This document shows, one piece after another, positions 42,417 through 53,897 of a stretch of 64,000 nt of DNA (position 1 is the first letter of the stretch; each line of letters starts with the position of its first letter). A program made the translations under genes and the position numbers. Source of the DNA: an uncultured Verrucomicrobiae bacterium (lineage in GTDB: Bacteria > Verrucomicrobiota > Verrucomicrobiia > Chthoniobacterales > JAFAMB01); assembly GCA_963782115.1 (NCBI GenBank), contig CAWAIK010000001.1, positions 768,001-832,000 on the forward strand, in the 5' to 3' direction. The notes under the pieces are model-generated. The model did no database searches. It was not told the DNA's origin and saw only the letters and a list, made by a program, of their open reading frames with translations.

Positions 42417-42917
42417 GTGCCGCAAGTGAGTGCCGGGCTGTTGATGTACCAATACGCCGGGTCTGTTCTCGAGGTTTTTCTTGTCCATCCTGGCGGGCCG
42501 TTCTGGGCTGGGAAAGACGAAGGGGCCTGGTCAATTCCAAAGGGACTTATAGATCCGGGTGAGAACAACCTTGAAGCTGCAAAACGCGAATTTGAAGAAG
42601 AGACTTCGATCCCGTCTTCGGCACCGTTTATTGATCTCGGCGAGATACGGCAGAAATCCGGGAAGCGGATCCTGGCCTGGGCGTTTCGGCGAACAGCCCA
42701 ATTGATCTCCGTGAAAAGCAATCTTTTCACTCTGGAATGGCCGCCCCATTCCGGACTGCAAAAGGATTTTCCGGAAATAGATAAGGGCGAGTTTTTCTCC
42801 CTGCCGGATGCCCGGAGAAAGATCAATCGGTCTCAAGCGGAGTTCTTGGACAGATTGGAAAGCCTGCATTTGCTCACAAACCCTGAGAGATTCGTGAGCG
42901 ATGCAGGCTGTGGCTAA
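42417..42917 (+). CDS. NUDIX hydrolase
   Basis: HPGGPFW...WSIPKG...AAKREFEEET. Confidence 0.88.
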   Translation: MPQVSAGLLMYQYAGSVLEVFLVHPGGPFWAGKDEGAWSIPKGLIDPGENNLEAAKREFEEETSIPSSAPFIDLGEIRQKSGKRILAWAFRRTAQLISVKSNLFTLEWPPHSGLQKDFPEIDKGEFFSLPDARRKINRSQAEFLDRLESLHLLTNPERFVSDAGCG

Positions 42918-43268
42918 CCTGAAAAACTCACTAGCTCTTTTGCTGGAACGATTCGACATCCTTTCGCATCTTTCGAATGCCCTTCTGCGCCCCTTGCAAG
43001 ATCTCTGGATTTCGACCGATCAAGAGGCTTAAATAAAGAGATCGAAGAAAATCGGGCGACCCCAAATTCCCGCGCAAAGACGTTCGCAGAAGACCGACCC
43101 ATGATTCCTTACTGGCATCAGGCGAAGACCGCGAAAGAACGCCTTAGCGCGGCTGACCTTTCGTTGCTTCGTCCATTTGTTTGATCGGCATCCGTAGCAG
43201 TTGCAGAGAAAGTGGTCAAGCGCTCGACATTGCGCGGGCGAGGCAGATAGTTGTTAGCACTGACAACT

Positions 43269-43607
43269 ATGGACGCGCTCACTAATGAAAAATGCACGGC
43301 CTGCCGTCGCGATTCTCCACGTGCGACTGAGGCGGAGGTTCGCGAGCTTAAACCTCAAATTCCTGAATGGACACTGCTGGAACGGGAGGGAATCGATAGA
43401 CTTGAGCGGGTATTTCGGTTCGCGAATTTTGCCGAAGCCTTGAGTTTTACGAATCGCGTAGGCGCGCTGGCCGAGGAAGAAGGCCATCATCCAGCGATAC
43501 TAACAGAATGGGGGCGGGTGACGGTGACGCTTTGGACCCACAAGATTCGAGGGCTGCATCGCAACGACTTCATCATCGCGGCGAAGATCGATTCGCTCGT
43601 GCCATAG
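43269..43607 (+). CDS. Pterin-4-alpha-carbinolamine dehydratase
   Basis: EGHHP...WTHKIRGLHRNDFI.AAKID. Confidence 0.92.
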   Translation: MDALTNEKCTACRRDSPRATEAEVRELKPQIPEWTLLEREGIDRLERVFRFANFAEALSFTNRVGALAEEEGHHPAILTEWGRVTVTLWTHKIRGLHRNDFIIAAKIDSLVP

Positions 43608-44265
43608 CGAGTTCCTGCTGCGCCCCGACAAAAATAACGAACGCGATGAAGATCAAAACCGGATTGTAGACAAACCCAAACACGGCGAAGAGGATCGCGA
43701 GGCCCTGGCCGAGCCTGGCTGCAATCTGCGTGGCCTGAGCGTACGGCATTACCATCGCCAACAGCGCTCGGAGGACTCGCCCTCCATCCATCGGAAATGC
43801 CGGAATCAAATTGAACAAAACCAAGATCACATTGACCCAGGCTAGTTTGGCCAGCAGGTCGACCCGTGGGCTTTCCAGGTGCTCAGCCTGCTGAATGCCA
43901 GCGGTTCCATGGATCAAAAAGAGGACGGCGGCTATCACCACGTTCACCAGCGGTCCGGCAATGGCGACGATGAGTTCCTGCCAAGGTTTGTCCGGAATGC
44001 GATTGAGCCGCGCGACACCACCGAAGGGCCATAAGGTTATGTCAGGCGTCCTGATGCCAAATGCGCGTGCCGCGAACGCATGCCCGAATTCATGCAAGAG
44101 CACGCAAGCAAACAGAGCCAGGATGAGCAGGACTCCTTGGATCGCACCCGATAACCCTGCCACTTGGTAGTAATTGAGCCAAATCCACGCTAAATAGAGC
44201 AGGAAGGTCACATGAATTCGCACCTCGATCCCAAAAATAGAAGCAACTTTCAGCGAAGAGCGCAT
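43573..44265 (-). CDS. Site-2 protease (M50)
   Basis: HEFGH, AGP, FNLIPAFPMDGGR; multiple TM segments. Confidence 0.92.
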   Translation of the reverse strand: MRSSLKVASIFGIEVRIHVTFLLYLAWIWLNYYQVAGLSGAIQGVLLILALFACVLLHEFGHAFAARAFGIRTPDITLWPFGGVARLNRIPDKPWQELIVAIAGPLVNVVIAAVLFLIHGTAGIQQAEHLESPRVDLLAKLAWVNVILVLFNLIPAFPMDGGRVLRALLAMVMPYAQATQIAARLGQGLAILFAVFGFVYNPVLIFIAFVIFVGAQQELAMARANRSSPR

Positions 44266-44377
44266 AATTTAATGCCGATCCCAGTTTCGTCGGTGCCATC
44301 GCGATTCAACAGGTGGCCCACGACTCGCTATCCTATCGCACTTTTCCGGATTTGCCGCTAAGCCCGAACAGAACAAT

Positions 44378-46663
44378 TTGAGTACGCATTGGCTCAGGTG
44401 TTTGTCATTGGTAGATAAGAACCACTTGCGACGAACGGTTATCCTGATAACGGCCCTTGGTCTGACTTCATTTTCGGATGGTCAAGATGATCTGAACGGC
44501 AGAGCATCGAAGTCCGTTGTAATCCAACAAACGGTGACCGACTATTTCGGGACCAAAATCATCGATCCGTTCCGCTGGATGGAAGCTGGTCTATCCGACC
44601 CGCATTTTCTCGAATTCATTAAGGAGCAAGACAAGGCCACGCGGCGAATTCTGAACCGGCTCGCAGGCCCTCGCGCAAAGCTTCTCGCGCGAATCCACGC
44701 GTTTGATTCGGCTGTGGCGGCGACTAGTGACTGGAGACGAGCCGGCAGTCGAATCTTTTATCTCGAAATCGCGTCAGGTGCGTCCGACGCGGTATTGCGG
44801 GTGCGCGAGTCAGATGGCTCAGTACGAACGCTGCTCGATCCCGAGATCTATAAAAATGGAGCACAGCATGCATCGGTCGATTATTTCGAGCCTTCGCCGG
44901 ACGGAAACTATGTGGCTGCCGGAGTTTCTTTAGGAGGCTCGGAGGATAGCACCCTTTATATCCTCGATGTGGGGTCCGGCAAGACGCTTCCGGAATCCAT
45001 CTCAAGGACCCAGTATGGATGGCCTTCCTGGAGATCCGACCGGAAATCACTCTTCTATTTTCGGGAGAAGCAACTCCCTCCAAATGCTCCGCCCGCTGAA
45101 GTCTACAAGAATGGACGGACGTTTCTTCACATTCTGGGTACGGATCCGGATAAGGATGTTCCAGTTTTCGGCCCTGGTCTGCCGGGATCGCCGAATGTGC
45201 CGGCCGCCGGCTTTTGCGGAGTTATTGGCGCGCCCGGTTCTCCCTATGACGTGGCAATATACACCGCGGGAACGATCGATTCCGGCTCTGTTTATGTTGC
45301 CAGGGAGCGGGATGTGACGGGTCCGGATACCCCTTGGAGGCAAATTCTTTCTTCCGAGGATCGTATGGCGACAGGTGGGTCACCGGCGACACTGATCGGT
45401 TCGACTCTTTACGTGCTGTCGGAAAAGCAATCCCCGAACGGTAGCGTCGCAGCCATAGACCTGGACCATCCCGGCACGCCCGCGAAAATAGTGGTGCCCG
45501 CAAGCGACGCCGTGATCGACGGGGTCTACGGTGCCAGCGACGCTCTGTACATAGGTGGGCGTCAGGGTGTCGCCAAGACGCTGGCGCGTCTTTCCTATAC
45601 GGATTCCGCGAAGGCGGAGATGATCAAATTGCCGGCCCAGGGCAGAGTCTACGGGATTGATGCGACGGTCGAGCAACCCGGAATATTGTTTGGCATTGAC
45701 TCCTGGCTTGTTCCGCCTACCGCGTTCCTCTACGACCCGAGCACGAACGGCTGTGAGGATACCGGGATTCAACGGAAAAGTCCGGTGGATCTTTCCGCTT
45801 TTAAAGCGCTCGAGGTGCAAGTGCCAAGCACAGACGGAGCTACTATTCCGGTCTCGATCATCTGTCGCAAAGACATTGTGTTGGATGGCTCTCATCCAAC
45901 GCTCTTCGAAGGTCACGGCGCTTACGGGGTCTCCATCGATCCCGAGTTTAATTCCGGCTTCCTTCCTGCGATTTATCCATGGGTCGAGCGCGGCGGTGTA
46001 GTCGCAGTCGCCCATGTTCGCGGCGGGGGCGAATATGGCGAACGCTGGCACGTTTCCGGCCAGAAAGGGTTAAAGCAACATACCGTCGATGATATGATCG
46101 CCACGGCGCACTGGCTCATTTTAAACAGGTACACTTCGCCGAGCCGTCTGGCGGTACGCGGCACCAGCGGAGGCGGGATAGCCCTGGGAAATGCGATTGT
46201 TCAACATCCGGAATTGTTCGCTGCGGCCATTGACAATGTCGGAATCACGAATCTGCTGCGTTTTCAGTTCACTCCAAACGGTGCCGGCAACATACCGGAA
46301 TTTGGTGACGTCACGAAGCCGGACGAATTCAAGTGGCTCTATGCGATGAGCGCTTACCATCATATCAAAGATGGTGTCAAATACCCCGCGCTACTCGGTC
46401 TCACCGGCGCCAACGATCCGCGGGTGCCCTCCTGGTTGGTGGCCGAATTCGTGGCCCGGCTGCAAGTGGCAACAGCGAGCGGCAAGCCGGTCCTTTTGCG
46501 GGTTGATTTCGACGCGGGACATCTCATTGGCGCAAATCGTGACCAGCGCGAAAAAGCGGACGCAGATCAAGAGACGTTTCTGCTCTGGCAACTTGGTGAC
46601 CGGGAATTTCAAATTCGGCGCGAACGCCGTGCTAGTCGCATGACTGCGAAAGGATTTGATTAA
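44378..46663 (+). CDS. Prolyl oligopeptidase (S9A), probably exported
   Basis: DPFRWME, RGGGEYG, GTSGGG, NDPRV, AGH catalytic triad; start uncertain. Confidence 0.9.
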   Translation: MSTHWLRCLSLVDKNHLRRTVILITALGLTSFSDGQDDLNGRASKSVVIQQTVTDYFGTKIIDPFRWMEAGLSDPHFLEFIKEQDKATRRILNRLAGPRAKLLARIHAFDSAVAATSDWRRAGSRIFYLEIASGASDAVLRVRESDGSVRTLLDPEIYKNGAQHASVDYFEPSPDGNYVAAGVSLGGSEDSTLYILDVGSGKTLPESISRTQYGWPSWRSDRKSLFYFREKQLPPNAPPAEVYKNGRTFLHILGTDPDKDVPVFGPGLPGSPNVPAAGFCGVIGAPGSPYDVAIYTAGTIDSGSVYVARERDVTGPDTPWRQILSSEDRMATGGSPATLIGSTLYVLSEKQSPNGSVAAIDLDHPGTPAKIVVPASDAVIDGVYGASDALYIGGRQGVAKTLARLSYTDSAKAEMIKLPAQGRVYGIDATVEQPGILFGIDSWLVPPTAFLYDPSTNGCEDTGIQRKSPVDLSAFKALEVQVPSTDGATIPVSIICRKDIVLDGSHPTLFEGHGAYGVSIDPEFNSGFLPAIYPWVERGGVVAVAHVRGGGEYGERWHVSGQKGLKQHTVDDMIATAHWLILNRYTSPSRLAVRGTSGGGIALGNAIVQHPELFAAAIDNVGITNLLRFQFTPNGAGNIPEFGDVTKPDEFKWLYAMSAYHHIKDGVKYPALLGLTGANDPRVPSWLVAEFVARLQVATASGKPVLLRVDFDAGHLIGANRDQREKADADQETFLLWQLGDREFQIRRERRASRMTAKGFD

Positions 46664-46878
46664 GCGATCTTTCCATATAGTTTTGTGCCCTGGCGCAGCG
46701 CTCGAGGCACTCGTGCTGGTCGGTGCTGGCTCCCCCCAGTTTTCAACGTCTGTTCTCGTTACCATAGCCCGAAGCCTGCGCGTTTGGCCTTGCTCGGCAG
46801 GGGTGAGCCCGTCCCGCGCATCTGCTCAAAAGAATTGCGCCAGCGAACAATGGCTCAAGCATCGATTGGAAATAAGGC

Positions 46879-47907
46879 ATGAAAAGACTTACCTACAGTA
46901 CCGCTCTGCTCCCCATCCTGGTGGGCATTGCGTTGATCGGAGTGGCTCATGCAGATACCAAAAATCTGCGCATAGCGTTTTCTAACAACTATGCGGGCAA
47001 TTCATGGCGGCAGGCCATGTTAAAGAGTTATGATATCGTCACCAAGAAAGCTGTTGCCGACGGGGTCGTTGCCGCTGCGGACGTCTTCACCACGGCTGAC
47101 AAAGAGGTGCCGACCCAGGCGGCACAGATTCAGAACCTGATTCTTCAGGGTTACAATGCCATCGTCATCAATGCGTCCTCCCCGGATGCGCTGAACGGCG
47201 CTATCAAACAGGCTACTGACGCCGGTATCGTTGTCGTGTCGTTCGACGGAATAGTCACCGAGCCTTCCGCTTGGCGCGTCGTTGTCGATTTCAAGGATTA
47301 TGGTGAGCAGGAGGTGGTGCATCTGGCTAGTTGGCTTCCGAAGGGTGGTAACCTGCTGGAGATTCGTGGCCTTGCCGGAACCTCGATCGATGACGCAATT
47401 CATGCCGGGATCGTGCAGGGGGTCGGCAAGCATCCGGAGTTTAAAATCGTTAACAGCGTTGAGGGCGACTGGGACCAGACGACGGCGCAAAAGGCGGTAG
47501 CGACCGTCCTCCCTTCGCTCCCCGAAATCGCCGGTGTAGTAGACCAGGGTGGCGACGGATACGGCGCTGCGCAAGCCTTCGCCGGGGCCAACCGCAAGGA
47601 GCCGATTATCATCATGGGAAATCGTCAGGACGAACTGGCATGGTGGAAGGAGCAGAAGGCCAAGAATGGTTACACCACTTGGTCCGCATCGATTGCGCCT
47701 GGTGTTTCAACGCTTGCGTTTTGGGTAGCGCAGCAGATTCTGGACGGCCGCAAGGATATACCGCACGACCTGCTGGTGCCGTATCTGGCCTTTACGCAGG
47801 ACGATTTTGAGGCTGCGCTTCCCAACATTCCTGTAGGCGGCGTTGCCAGCCATGAGTACACGCAGGAAGACGCCAAGAAGGCGATTGAAGCCAATATGAA
47901 AAAATAG
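46879..47907 (+). CDS. Sugar ABC transporter substrate-binding protein
   Basis: Signal peptide; RbsB-like fold motifs ([13 protein letters not shown]). Confidence 0.9.
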   Translation: MKRLTYSTALLPILVGIALIGVAHADTKNLRIAFSNNYAGNSWRQAMLKSYDIVTKKAVADGVVAAADVFTTADKEVPTQAAQIQNLILQGYNAIVINASSPDALNGAIKQATDAGIVVVSFDGIVTEPSAWRVVVDFKDYGEQEVVHLASWLPKGGNLLEIRGLAGTSIDDAIHAGIVQGVGKHPEFKIVNSVEGDWDQTTAQKAVATVLPSLPEIAGVVDQGGDGYGAAQAFAGANRKEPIIIMGNRQDELAWWKEQKAKNGYTTWSASIAPGVSTLAFWVAQQILDGRKDIPHDLLVPYLAFTQDDFEAALPNIPVGGVASHEYTQEDAKKAIEANMKK

Positions 47908-47980
47908 CGGCGGTGAGGGGCATTTCACACATTGCGCTGAACGCGATCGCCCTGAGAGTCCGATTGAGTTTTCGCATGTC

Positions 47981-49450
47981 ATGTCCGAACCGTCCGTGAA
48001 CATTGTCAGGCTGGCCGGCGTCGAAAAGTACTTTGGCGCCGTCCGAGCTCTTGCAGGGGTTGATTTCGCAGTCGATGTCGGAGAATGCGTTGGCCTTGTC
48101 GGCCATAATGGCGCCGGCAAATCGACGCTGATGCATGTGCTGGCCGGCACGCTTACCCCTGGTAGCGGGCAGATCATTGTCGACGGCAGCCCGCGGCATG
48201 GTTACTCGGCGCATCTTGCGCAGAGACTGGGGATTCGGTGCGTCTTCCAGGAACTGTCGCTTTGCCCAAATCTCACGGTGGCCGAAAATGCACGCGTTCT
48301 TCACCCGGGCATCGTCGGATGGGGTTGGCGAAAGCGAGCGGGTGAACTGATCGGACGTAAACTCAACGAAATTTTTCCGGGCCATGGCATTGTTCTCGAT
48401 GCTGTCGTCGGTGACCTGCCGATTGGAAAACGCCAGATGATCGAAGTGGCCCGCGCCTTCACGATTACCAAGGCTCCCCTTCATCTAGTGATTCTCGACG
48501 AACCGACCTCTTCTCTTGACAGTCATACGGCAGCCCAGCTGTTGATCCATGTCCGGCGAGTCGTTGCGACCGGAGCGAGCTGTGTGCTGATCTCCCATCT
48601 CCTGCGCGAAATCCTTGAGTATTCCGATCGCATCGTTGTCATGCGGGATGGCGCCGTCGCGGCAGTTGATCGCGCTTCAGCCTTTGACCGGGACAAACTG
48701 GTGACCGCGATGGGCGGTGCCGCAGCAAGTAAAATGCGATTGGTGCAGGAGCGCGCCGCGCCGCGCGGGAGTACTCCGGTTCGGGTTCGTGCGCGTTCCC
48801 TCACCCGAGGCGACGGCATCGAACTTGTTGCGCACCAGGGCGAAATCGTTGGGCTGGCCGGTCTTTCCGGCCATGGACAAACGGAGTTATTGCTATTGGT
48901 GTTTCGCGGGGCAACGCGACGCCTTCCCGGGCTCGAGGTGACCGATCCTGTCGCGCTGATCGCCGGAGACCGCCAAAGTGACGGGATTTTCCCGCTCTGG
49001 TCGATCGCTGAAAACATCGGCATTCGCTCTATCGCAGCGCTTCGCAGAGGCCCTCTGATTTCTTCCGAGCTGGAGGACCAATTTGCCGAGCGCTGGCAGA
49101 AACGCGTCAATATCCGCACGGCGGACATGCACAACAATATCCTGTCGCTCTCGGGCGGAAATCAGCAGAAAGCGTTGTTCGCAAGGGCGCTCGGCTCCGA
49201 AGCGAAAATTGTTTTGATGGACGACCCAATGCGCGGGGTTGATGTCAGCACCAAGCTCGAGGTCTATGGGCTGATCCGCGCGGAAGCAAATGCCGGGCGC
49301 ACTTTCCTCTGGTATACGACCGAAATGGAGGAGCTCAAGAACTGCGATCACGTTTATGTTTTCCGCAATGGGCGGATCGTTGCTGATCTGCGGCGCGGCG
49401 AACTTAGCGAGGAACGAGTCATCCAATCTTCCTTTCAGGAGGGCGGGTGA
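47981..49450 (+). CDS. Sugar ABC transporter ATP-binding protein (two NBDs)
   Basis: [22 protein letters not shown]. Confidence 0.92.
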   Translation: MSEPSVNIVRLAGVEKYFGAVRALAGVDFAVDVGECVGLVGHNGAGKSTLMHVLAGTLTPGSGQIIVDGSPRHGYSAHLAQRLGIRCVFQELSLCPNLTVAENARVLHPGIVGWGWRKRAGELIGRKLNEIFPGHGIVLDAVVGDLPIGKRQMIEVARAFTITKAPLHLVILDEPTSSLDSHTAAQLLIHVRRVVATGASCVLISHLLREILEYSDRIVVMRDGAVAAVDRASAFDRDKLVTAMGGAAASKMRLVQERAAPRGSTPVRVRARSLTRGDGIELVAHQGEIVGLAGLSGHGQTELLLLVFRGATRRLPGLEVTDPVALIAGDRQSDGIFPLWSIAENIGIRSIAALRRGPLISSELEDQFAERWQKRVNIRTADMHNNILSLSGGNQQKALFARALGSEAKIVLMDDPMRGVDVSTKLEVYGLIRAEANAGRTFLWYTTEMEELKNCDHVYVFRNGRIVADLRRGELSEERVIQSSFQEGG

Positions 49451-50436
49451 ACGCGAACCCCAGCTCCGGCGCCTACGTGGTAAAACTTGCGAGAAGTGCA
49501 TCCCGACCTTCCCTGCGATTCCTGCGGGCTACCCTGCCATCCTTATCCCTTGCGCTGGTCGTGCTTGGAATCGCGTGGCTGAATCCGCGTGCCATGAGCT
49601 ATTTAGGGCTCAACTTGATGCTCAACCTCGGGATTCCCACGGCGCTTGCCACCGTGGCCCAGATGTTTGTCATTACGGTGAACGACCTCGATCTCTCGAT
49701 TGGGACATTCGTCAGCTTCGTCGGTTGTGTGGCAGCAACGTGGCTGCGAGACGCCCCGTTCCTGGGTCTTGCCGTGCTTCTGGGCGGGGTCGCTGTCTAT
49801 GCGCTTATGGGCGCGGTCATTTATCTGCGTAACGTTCCATCGATCGTGGTGACACTCGGCATGCTGTTCGTCTGGCAAGGACTGGCGATCCTGGTCCTGC
49901 CCAAGCCGGGCGGGAAACCACCCGGTTGGTTGCATGATTTGATGAATTTCCATACGCCTTATGCTCCCTTTCCAATCTTCGCCGCAATGGTGATCGCGCT
50001 GCTTGTTCACGTTGGGTTGATGCGAACTTCCTATGGCGCGATCTTGCGCGGGTCCGGTGGCAACCCGAACGCGATCGGGCGGGCCGGATGGTCATTGCTC
50101 AAGACCAAAATCGTCATGTTCGCACTCGCGGGCGTTTTCGGGGTCTTCTCCGGGCTGGCCTTAATCGGCATAACGACGTCGGCTGACGCTAACATCGGGA
50201 AGGGCTACACCCTCCTTTCGATCGCCGGAGTCATTCTCGGCGGAGGAGAATTCGTGGGCGGACGCGTCGCTCCGATCGGGGCGGTCATCGGCGCGTTGAC
50301 GCTGACGCTGGCCGGCTCGCTTCTCAACTTCATGAGGATTTCACCCGATTGGCAGGTCGGTGCGCAGGGCGGAATTCTCATCATCGTTCTCGCTGTCCGC
50401 GCACTGATTAACCGGACCGACAGTAGAACGCCATGA
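49447..50436 (+). CDS. Sugar ABC permease
   Basis: [14 protein letters not shown]. Confidence 0.9.
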   Translation: MNANPSSGAYVVKLARSASRPSLRFLRATLPSLSLALVVLGIAWLNPRAMSYLGLNLMLNLGIPTALATVAQMFVITVNDLDLSIGTFVSFVGCVAATWLRDAPFLGLAVLLGGVAVYALMGAVIYLRNVPSIVVTLGMLFVWQGLAILVLPKPGGKPPGWLHDLMNFHTPYAPFPIFAAMVIALLVHVGLMRTSYGAILRGSGGNPNAIGRAGWSLLKTKIVMFALAGVFGVFSGLALIGITTSADANIGKGYTLLSIAGVILGGGEFVGGRVAPIGAVIGALTLTLAGSLLNFMRISPDWQVGAQGGILIIVLAVRALINRTDSRTP

Positions 50437-51386
50437 AGTTTGCCAGGAGGTTCAACGTTCTTACCAAGCCATGGATCTGGTCGTACCTCGGCGCCTTTCT
50501 GGTCTGGCTGGCGGCGATCGCGTTCACGCACGGTTACGGCGCCGGGGGAATGATCACCGCCGCCCTGGCGCTCGCCGTCTTTTCTGTGATCGCAGGCGTC
50601 GCGCAGATGTTCGTGATCACGCTCGGACCCGGAAACGTTGATCTGTCGCTGCCCGCCAATATCGGATTGGCGAGCGCGGTCGCCATGAAAATGATGAATG
50701 GATCCGATTCATTGATCGCTGTCGGTTTTCTCGCCGCCCTGGCGTCCGGCATTGGCATCGGAATTTTCAATTATCTTCTGATCTGGTTGCTGCGCATTCC
50801 GCCGATTATCTCGACCCTTTCCGCCAGCTTCATTATCCAATCTGCCGGCATCAGCTACGGTCGCGGTCTGCAGATCAAGCCGCCGCCCGGGTATGCCGAA
50901 TTCACCTCTGCCCAAGTCGCTGGGATACCTTTGCTGGCGATTGGAACAGCGATCTTCACGATCGGGGTTGGGGTAATCTTGCACCGGACAATCTTCGGTC
51001 GCTCGGTTCTTGCCGTCGGCCAAAATACTCGCGCCGCCTGGCTCGCTGGAATTGCCGTGGAACGAGTTCGATTCGCAACCTACGTTCTAAGCGGGGCACT
51101 CGGCGGGATCTGCGGGTCGCTTCTGGCCGGCTATTTTCGAGGATCGTCGCTCGAAATCGGTGACGAATATCTTCTTGCTTCGATCGCGGTGGTCGTGATC
51201 GGCGGTACCTCGGTCAGCGGTGGAAAGGCCAATGTGCCAGGATTATGGGGTGGTGCGCTCTTCCTCGTACTCTTGCTCACCATGCTCAACACCTTTGGCG
51301 TGAGCGCCGGAATTCGTTTCGTGGTCACCGGCCTGGTCATCATCGGAGTGATCATTGCGGCAGGCGGGCAGAAGACGGCGCGGTAA
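50433..51386 (+). CDS. Sugar ABC permease
   Basis: VDLS, SIAVVVIGGTS. Confidence 0.9.
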   Translation: MKFARRFNVLTKPWIWSYLGAFLVWLAAIAFTHGYGAGGMITAALALAVFSVIAGVAQMFVITLGPGNVDLSLPANIGLASAVAMKMMNGSDSLIAVGFLAALASGIGIGIFNYLLIWLLRIPPIISTLSASFIIQSAGISYGRGLQIKPPPGYAEFTSAQVAGIPLLAIGTAIFTIGVGVILHRTIFGRSVLAVGQNTRAAWLAGIAVERVRFATYVLSGALGGICGSLLAGYFRGSSLEIGDEYLLASIAVVVIGGTSVSGGKANVPGLWGGALFLVLLLTMLNTFGVSAGIRFVVTGLVIIGVIIAAGGQKTAR

Positions 51387-51403
51387 GAGGACAGGAGGAC
51401 AGG

Positions 51404-52010
51404 TCGCGTCAAGAAAACCCAGAATGTGAGGAAGAGCATGTAATCGGAAAGAAAACAAGACTCGGAAACATAATACAGGGACCCAGTGGGGAAAACAACC
51501 CCACCCGGCAAAGGCTAGCCACCGACCGGAAGCGAACATTGCGTAGTCGTCAGCGATGGCGGCACGAAGCGTATGGAGCGGTGCGAAAGCCGTGTGATTG
51601 AGCCTCGAAATAATGTTAAACGTTGGAGCCTTCGTAGTCCTGACCGCGGGGGCAGAATCGAAGCGCCGCAAAAGGCTTGGCGTGGAGATCCGACCGGGGT
51701 CTAAGAGCAGGGCAAAAGCACGAAAGGGTACCCTGGGAACTTGAGAGATCCGACTGAGTTCCTCCAAGAGAGAAAGAACCGGAGCAAGGGGCGAGACCGG
51801 TCGACCAACGCCCAGGCGCAGCGGGAGGGACTCCAGGAGCCCGAGGCGAGCGAAAGAGCTGGGAGTCAAGGAGGTAACCCCCGTTCGAAGGAGAACGAAG
51901 AGCGAGGGAACGAGCAGCCGGAAGTCTTAGCATCCTCATAGTACCGCAAGAAAAGTGGCGAACCGACCCGAGGGAGCCACCGAGTAGGGAAGGGGGAACC
52001 GGAGCAGACT
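51404..52010 (+). mobile_element. 5' half (domains I-III) of a group II intron; no RT ORF, no DV/DVI
   Basis: TCGCGTCAAG start; GCGAAAGCCGTGTGATTGAGCCTCGAAA; GGGTCTAAGAGCAGGGCA; CCTGGGAACTTGAGAGATCC; DIII-like GAAGTC...CATAGTACCG...GGGAAGGG. Confidence 0.8.
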
Positions 52011-53897
52011 GCCAAAGAGCAGGAGACTCGCCGTGCCGGCGCGCTGCGTTACTTGAGCACTGTTGAAAACGGCAGGCTAACGCTCCTCATCCTTGATAAC
52101 GCCGATTCCGATGAAGCCCGTAAGGCAGTCCGCGAATTGCTGCCCAAAGTGGCCATTTGCGCTGTCTTAATCACCTCCCGTTTTAGTGGGAACTTGAGCG
52201 GGGTCCGCAGGCAGGAACTGGCGCTGTTCGACACCGAAGAGTCACGTGAATACCTCCGCACCCACCTCCAGCCAGGGCTGCTCGCCAAAGCGAGGAGCCA
52301 AACAGTGCTCGACGCGGTGGCGGAGGAAGTTGACCATTTGCCGCTGGCACTTGAGCTCGTCGTTAGCTACATGCACGAGACCAACCAGTCGGCCGCGGAA
52401 TAGCTTGAGGAATGGCACAAGACTCCAGACCCGACGATCAAACATTACGACAGTGATAACGTGAATTACCCGGTCCCGCTGGCTCGCGTTTGGGAGCAAA
52501 GCGTCGGCCGCCTCTCGCACAGCGCGCGTGAACTTATGCATTGGCTGGTGTGGATGGCGCCTCGTCCTGCAGGCCTTCCCATCGAAGTGTTCAAGACCTC
52601 GGGAGATTGGCTAAGCCTTAGGGCAGCCTTGAGCGAGCTCGCCAAGGCCTCCCTCATCGGCTGGCCTCCGGCTGCTGACGAAATATCCATCCACCGCGTT
52701 CTCCAAGCCGTAACGCGCAATCACCTTAGCGAGCAGGAAAAGACGGCATCGCTCGATGGCGCGCTTACCACAATCCAGGCTGCGCTACCATCGCCGGAGT
52801 GGGATCAGAAAGGCTGGCGGCTCTGGGAGCAGCTTGCCCCGCACTGTCGCAACCTGCTCAATCGCCTACAAGACCATGTCTTGGAGCCCAAGCCACGCGG
52901 ATAATGAACGATCTTGCTCTTTGGCTCAACAATCGATCCGAGCACGGCGATGCCGAGCCGCTTATCCGCCGGGCGTTAGCCATTGGTGAAAAGAGCTTCG
53001 GCCCGGATCATCCCGCGTGGCAAGAGGCCTCAACAATCTGGCCGCGCTGCTCAGCGACACCAACCGGCTGGCTGAGGCCGAGCCGCTTTACCGCCGTGCG
53101 CTAACCATTGATGAAAAGAGCTTCGGCCGGGATCATCCCAACGTGGCAATCCGCCTCAACAACCTGGCCGGCTGCTCCGCGCCACCAACCGGCTGGCTGA
53201 GGCCGAGCCTCTTATCCGCCGGGCGTTAGCCATTGATAAAAAGAGCTTCGGCCCGGATCATCCCAACGTGGCAAGAGGCCTCAACAACCTGGCCGGGCTG
53301 CTCCGCGCCACCAACCGGCTGGCTGAGGCCGAGCCGCTTATCCGCCGTGCGCTAGCCATTGATAAAAAGAGCTTCGGCCCGGATCATCCCAACGTGGCAA
53401 GAGACCTCAACAACCTGGCCGGGCTGCTCCGCGCCACCAACCGGCTGGCTGAGGCCGAGCCGCTTTACCGCCGGGCGCTAGCCGTTGGTGAAAAGAGCTT
53501 CGGCCCGGATCATCCCGACGTGGCAATCCGCCTCAACAACCTGGCCGAGCTGCTCCGCGACACCAACCGGCTGGCTGAGGCCGAGCCGCTTTACCGCGGG
53601 GCGCTAGCCATTGATGAAAAGAGCTTCGGCCCGAATCATCCCAACGTGGCAACAGGTCTCAACAACCTAGCCTTGCTGCTCCGCGATACCAACCGGCTGG
53701 CTGAGGCCGAGCCCCTTTACCGGCAAGCGCTGCGAATCCTCGCTGAGTTTGGGCATCGCACGGGGCACGAGCATCCACACTTCCGCACAGTCATCAATAA
53801 CTACTTCGGACTGATTTCAGCGATGGGCTTGAGTCAGGACGCAATCGCGGCACGCGTGCGCTCGGCGATCGAGAGCGAGCCGGAGGAGTCGGCCTGA
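52011..53897 (+). pseudogene. NB-ARC/STAND NTPase-TPR protein, 5'-truncated pseudogene
   Basis: LLILDNAD (Walker B), LITSR, HLPLALE, SIHRVLQ. TAG at 52401; frameshifts near 52900, 53015 and 53168. Confidence 0.85.
52952..53730 (+). repeat. About 6.5 near-identical 126-bp TPR-coding repeats
   Basis: GCCGAGCC unit starts near 52952, 53077, 53202, 53328, 53454, 53580 and 53706. Confidence 0.9.

Noticed and set aside
51243..51941. ORFs 51243-51869, 51616-51939 and 51741-51941
   Set aside because: They overlap the group II intron RNA and have no protein-like features.
52952..53730. Diversity-generating retroelement (TR/VR) in the TPR repeats next to the intron fragment
   Set aside because: No reverse transcriptase is present, differences are not restricted to adenines, and the repeats are in-frame coding units.
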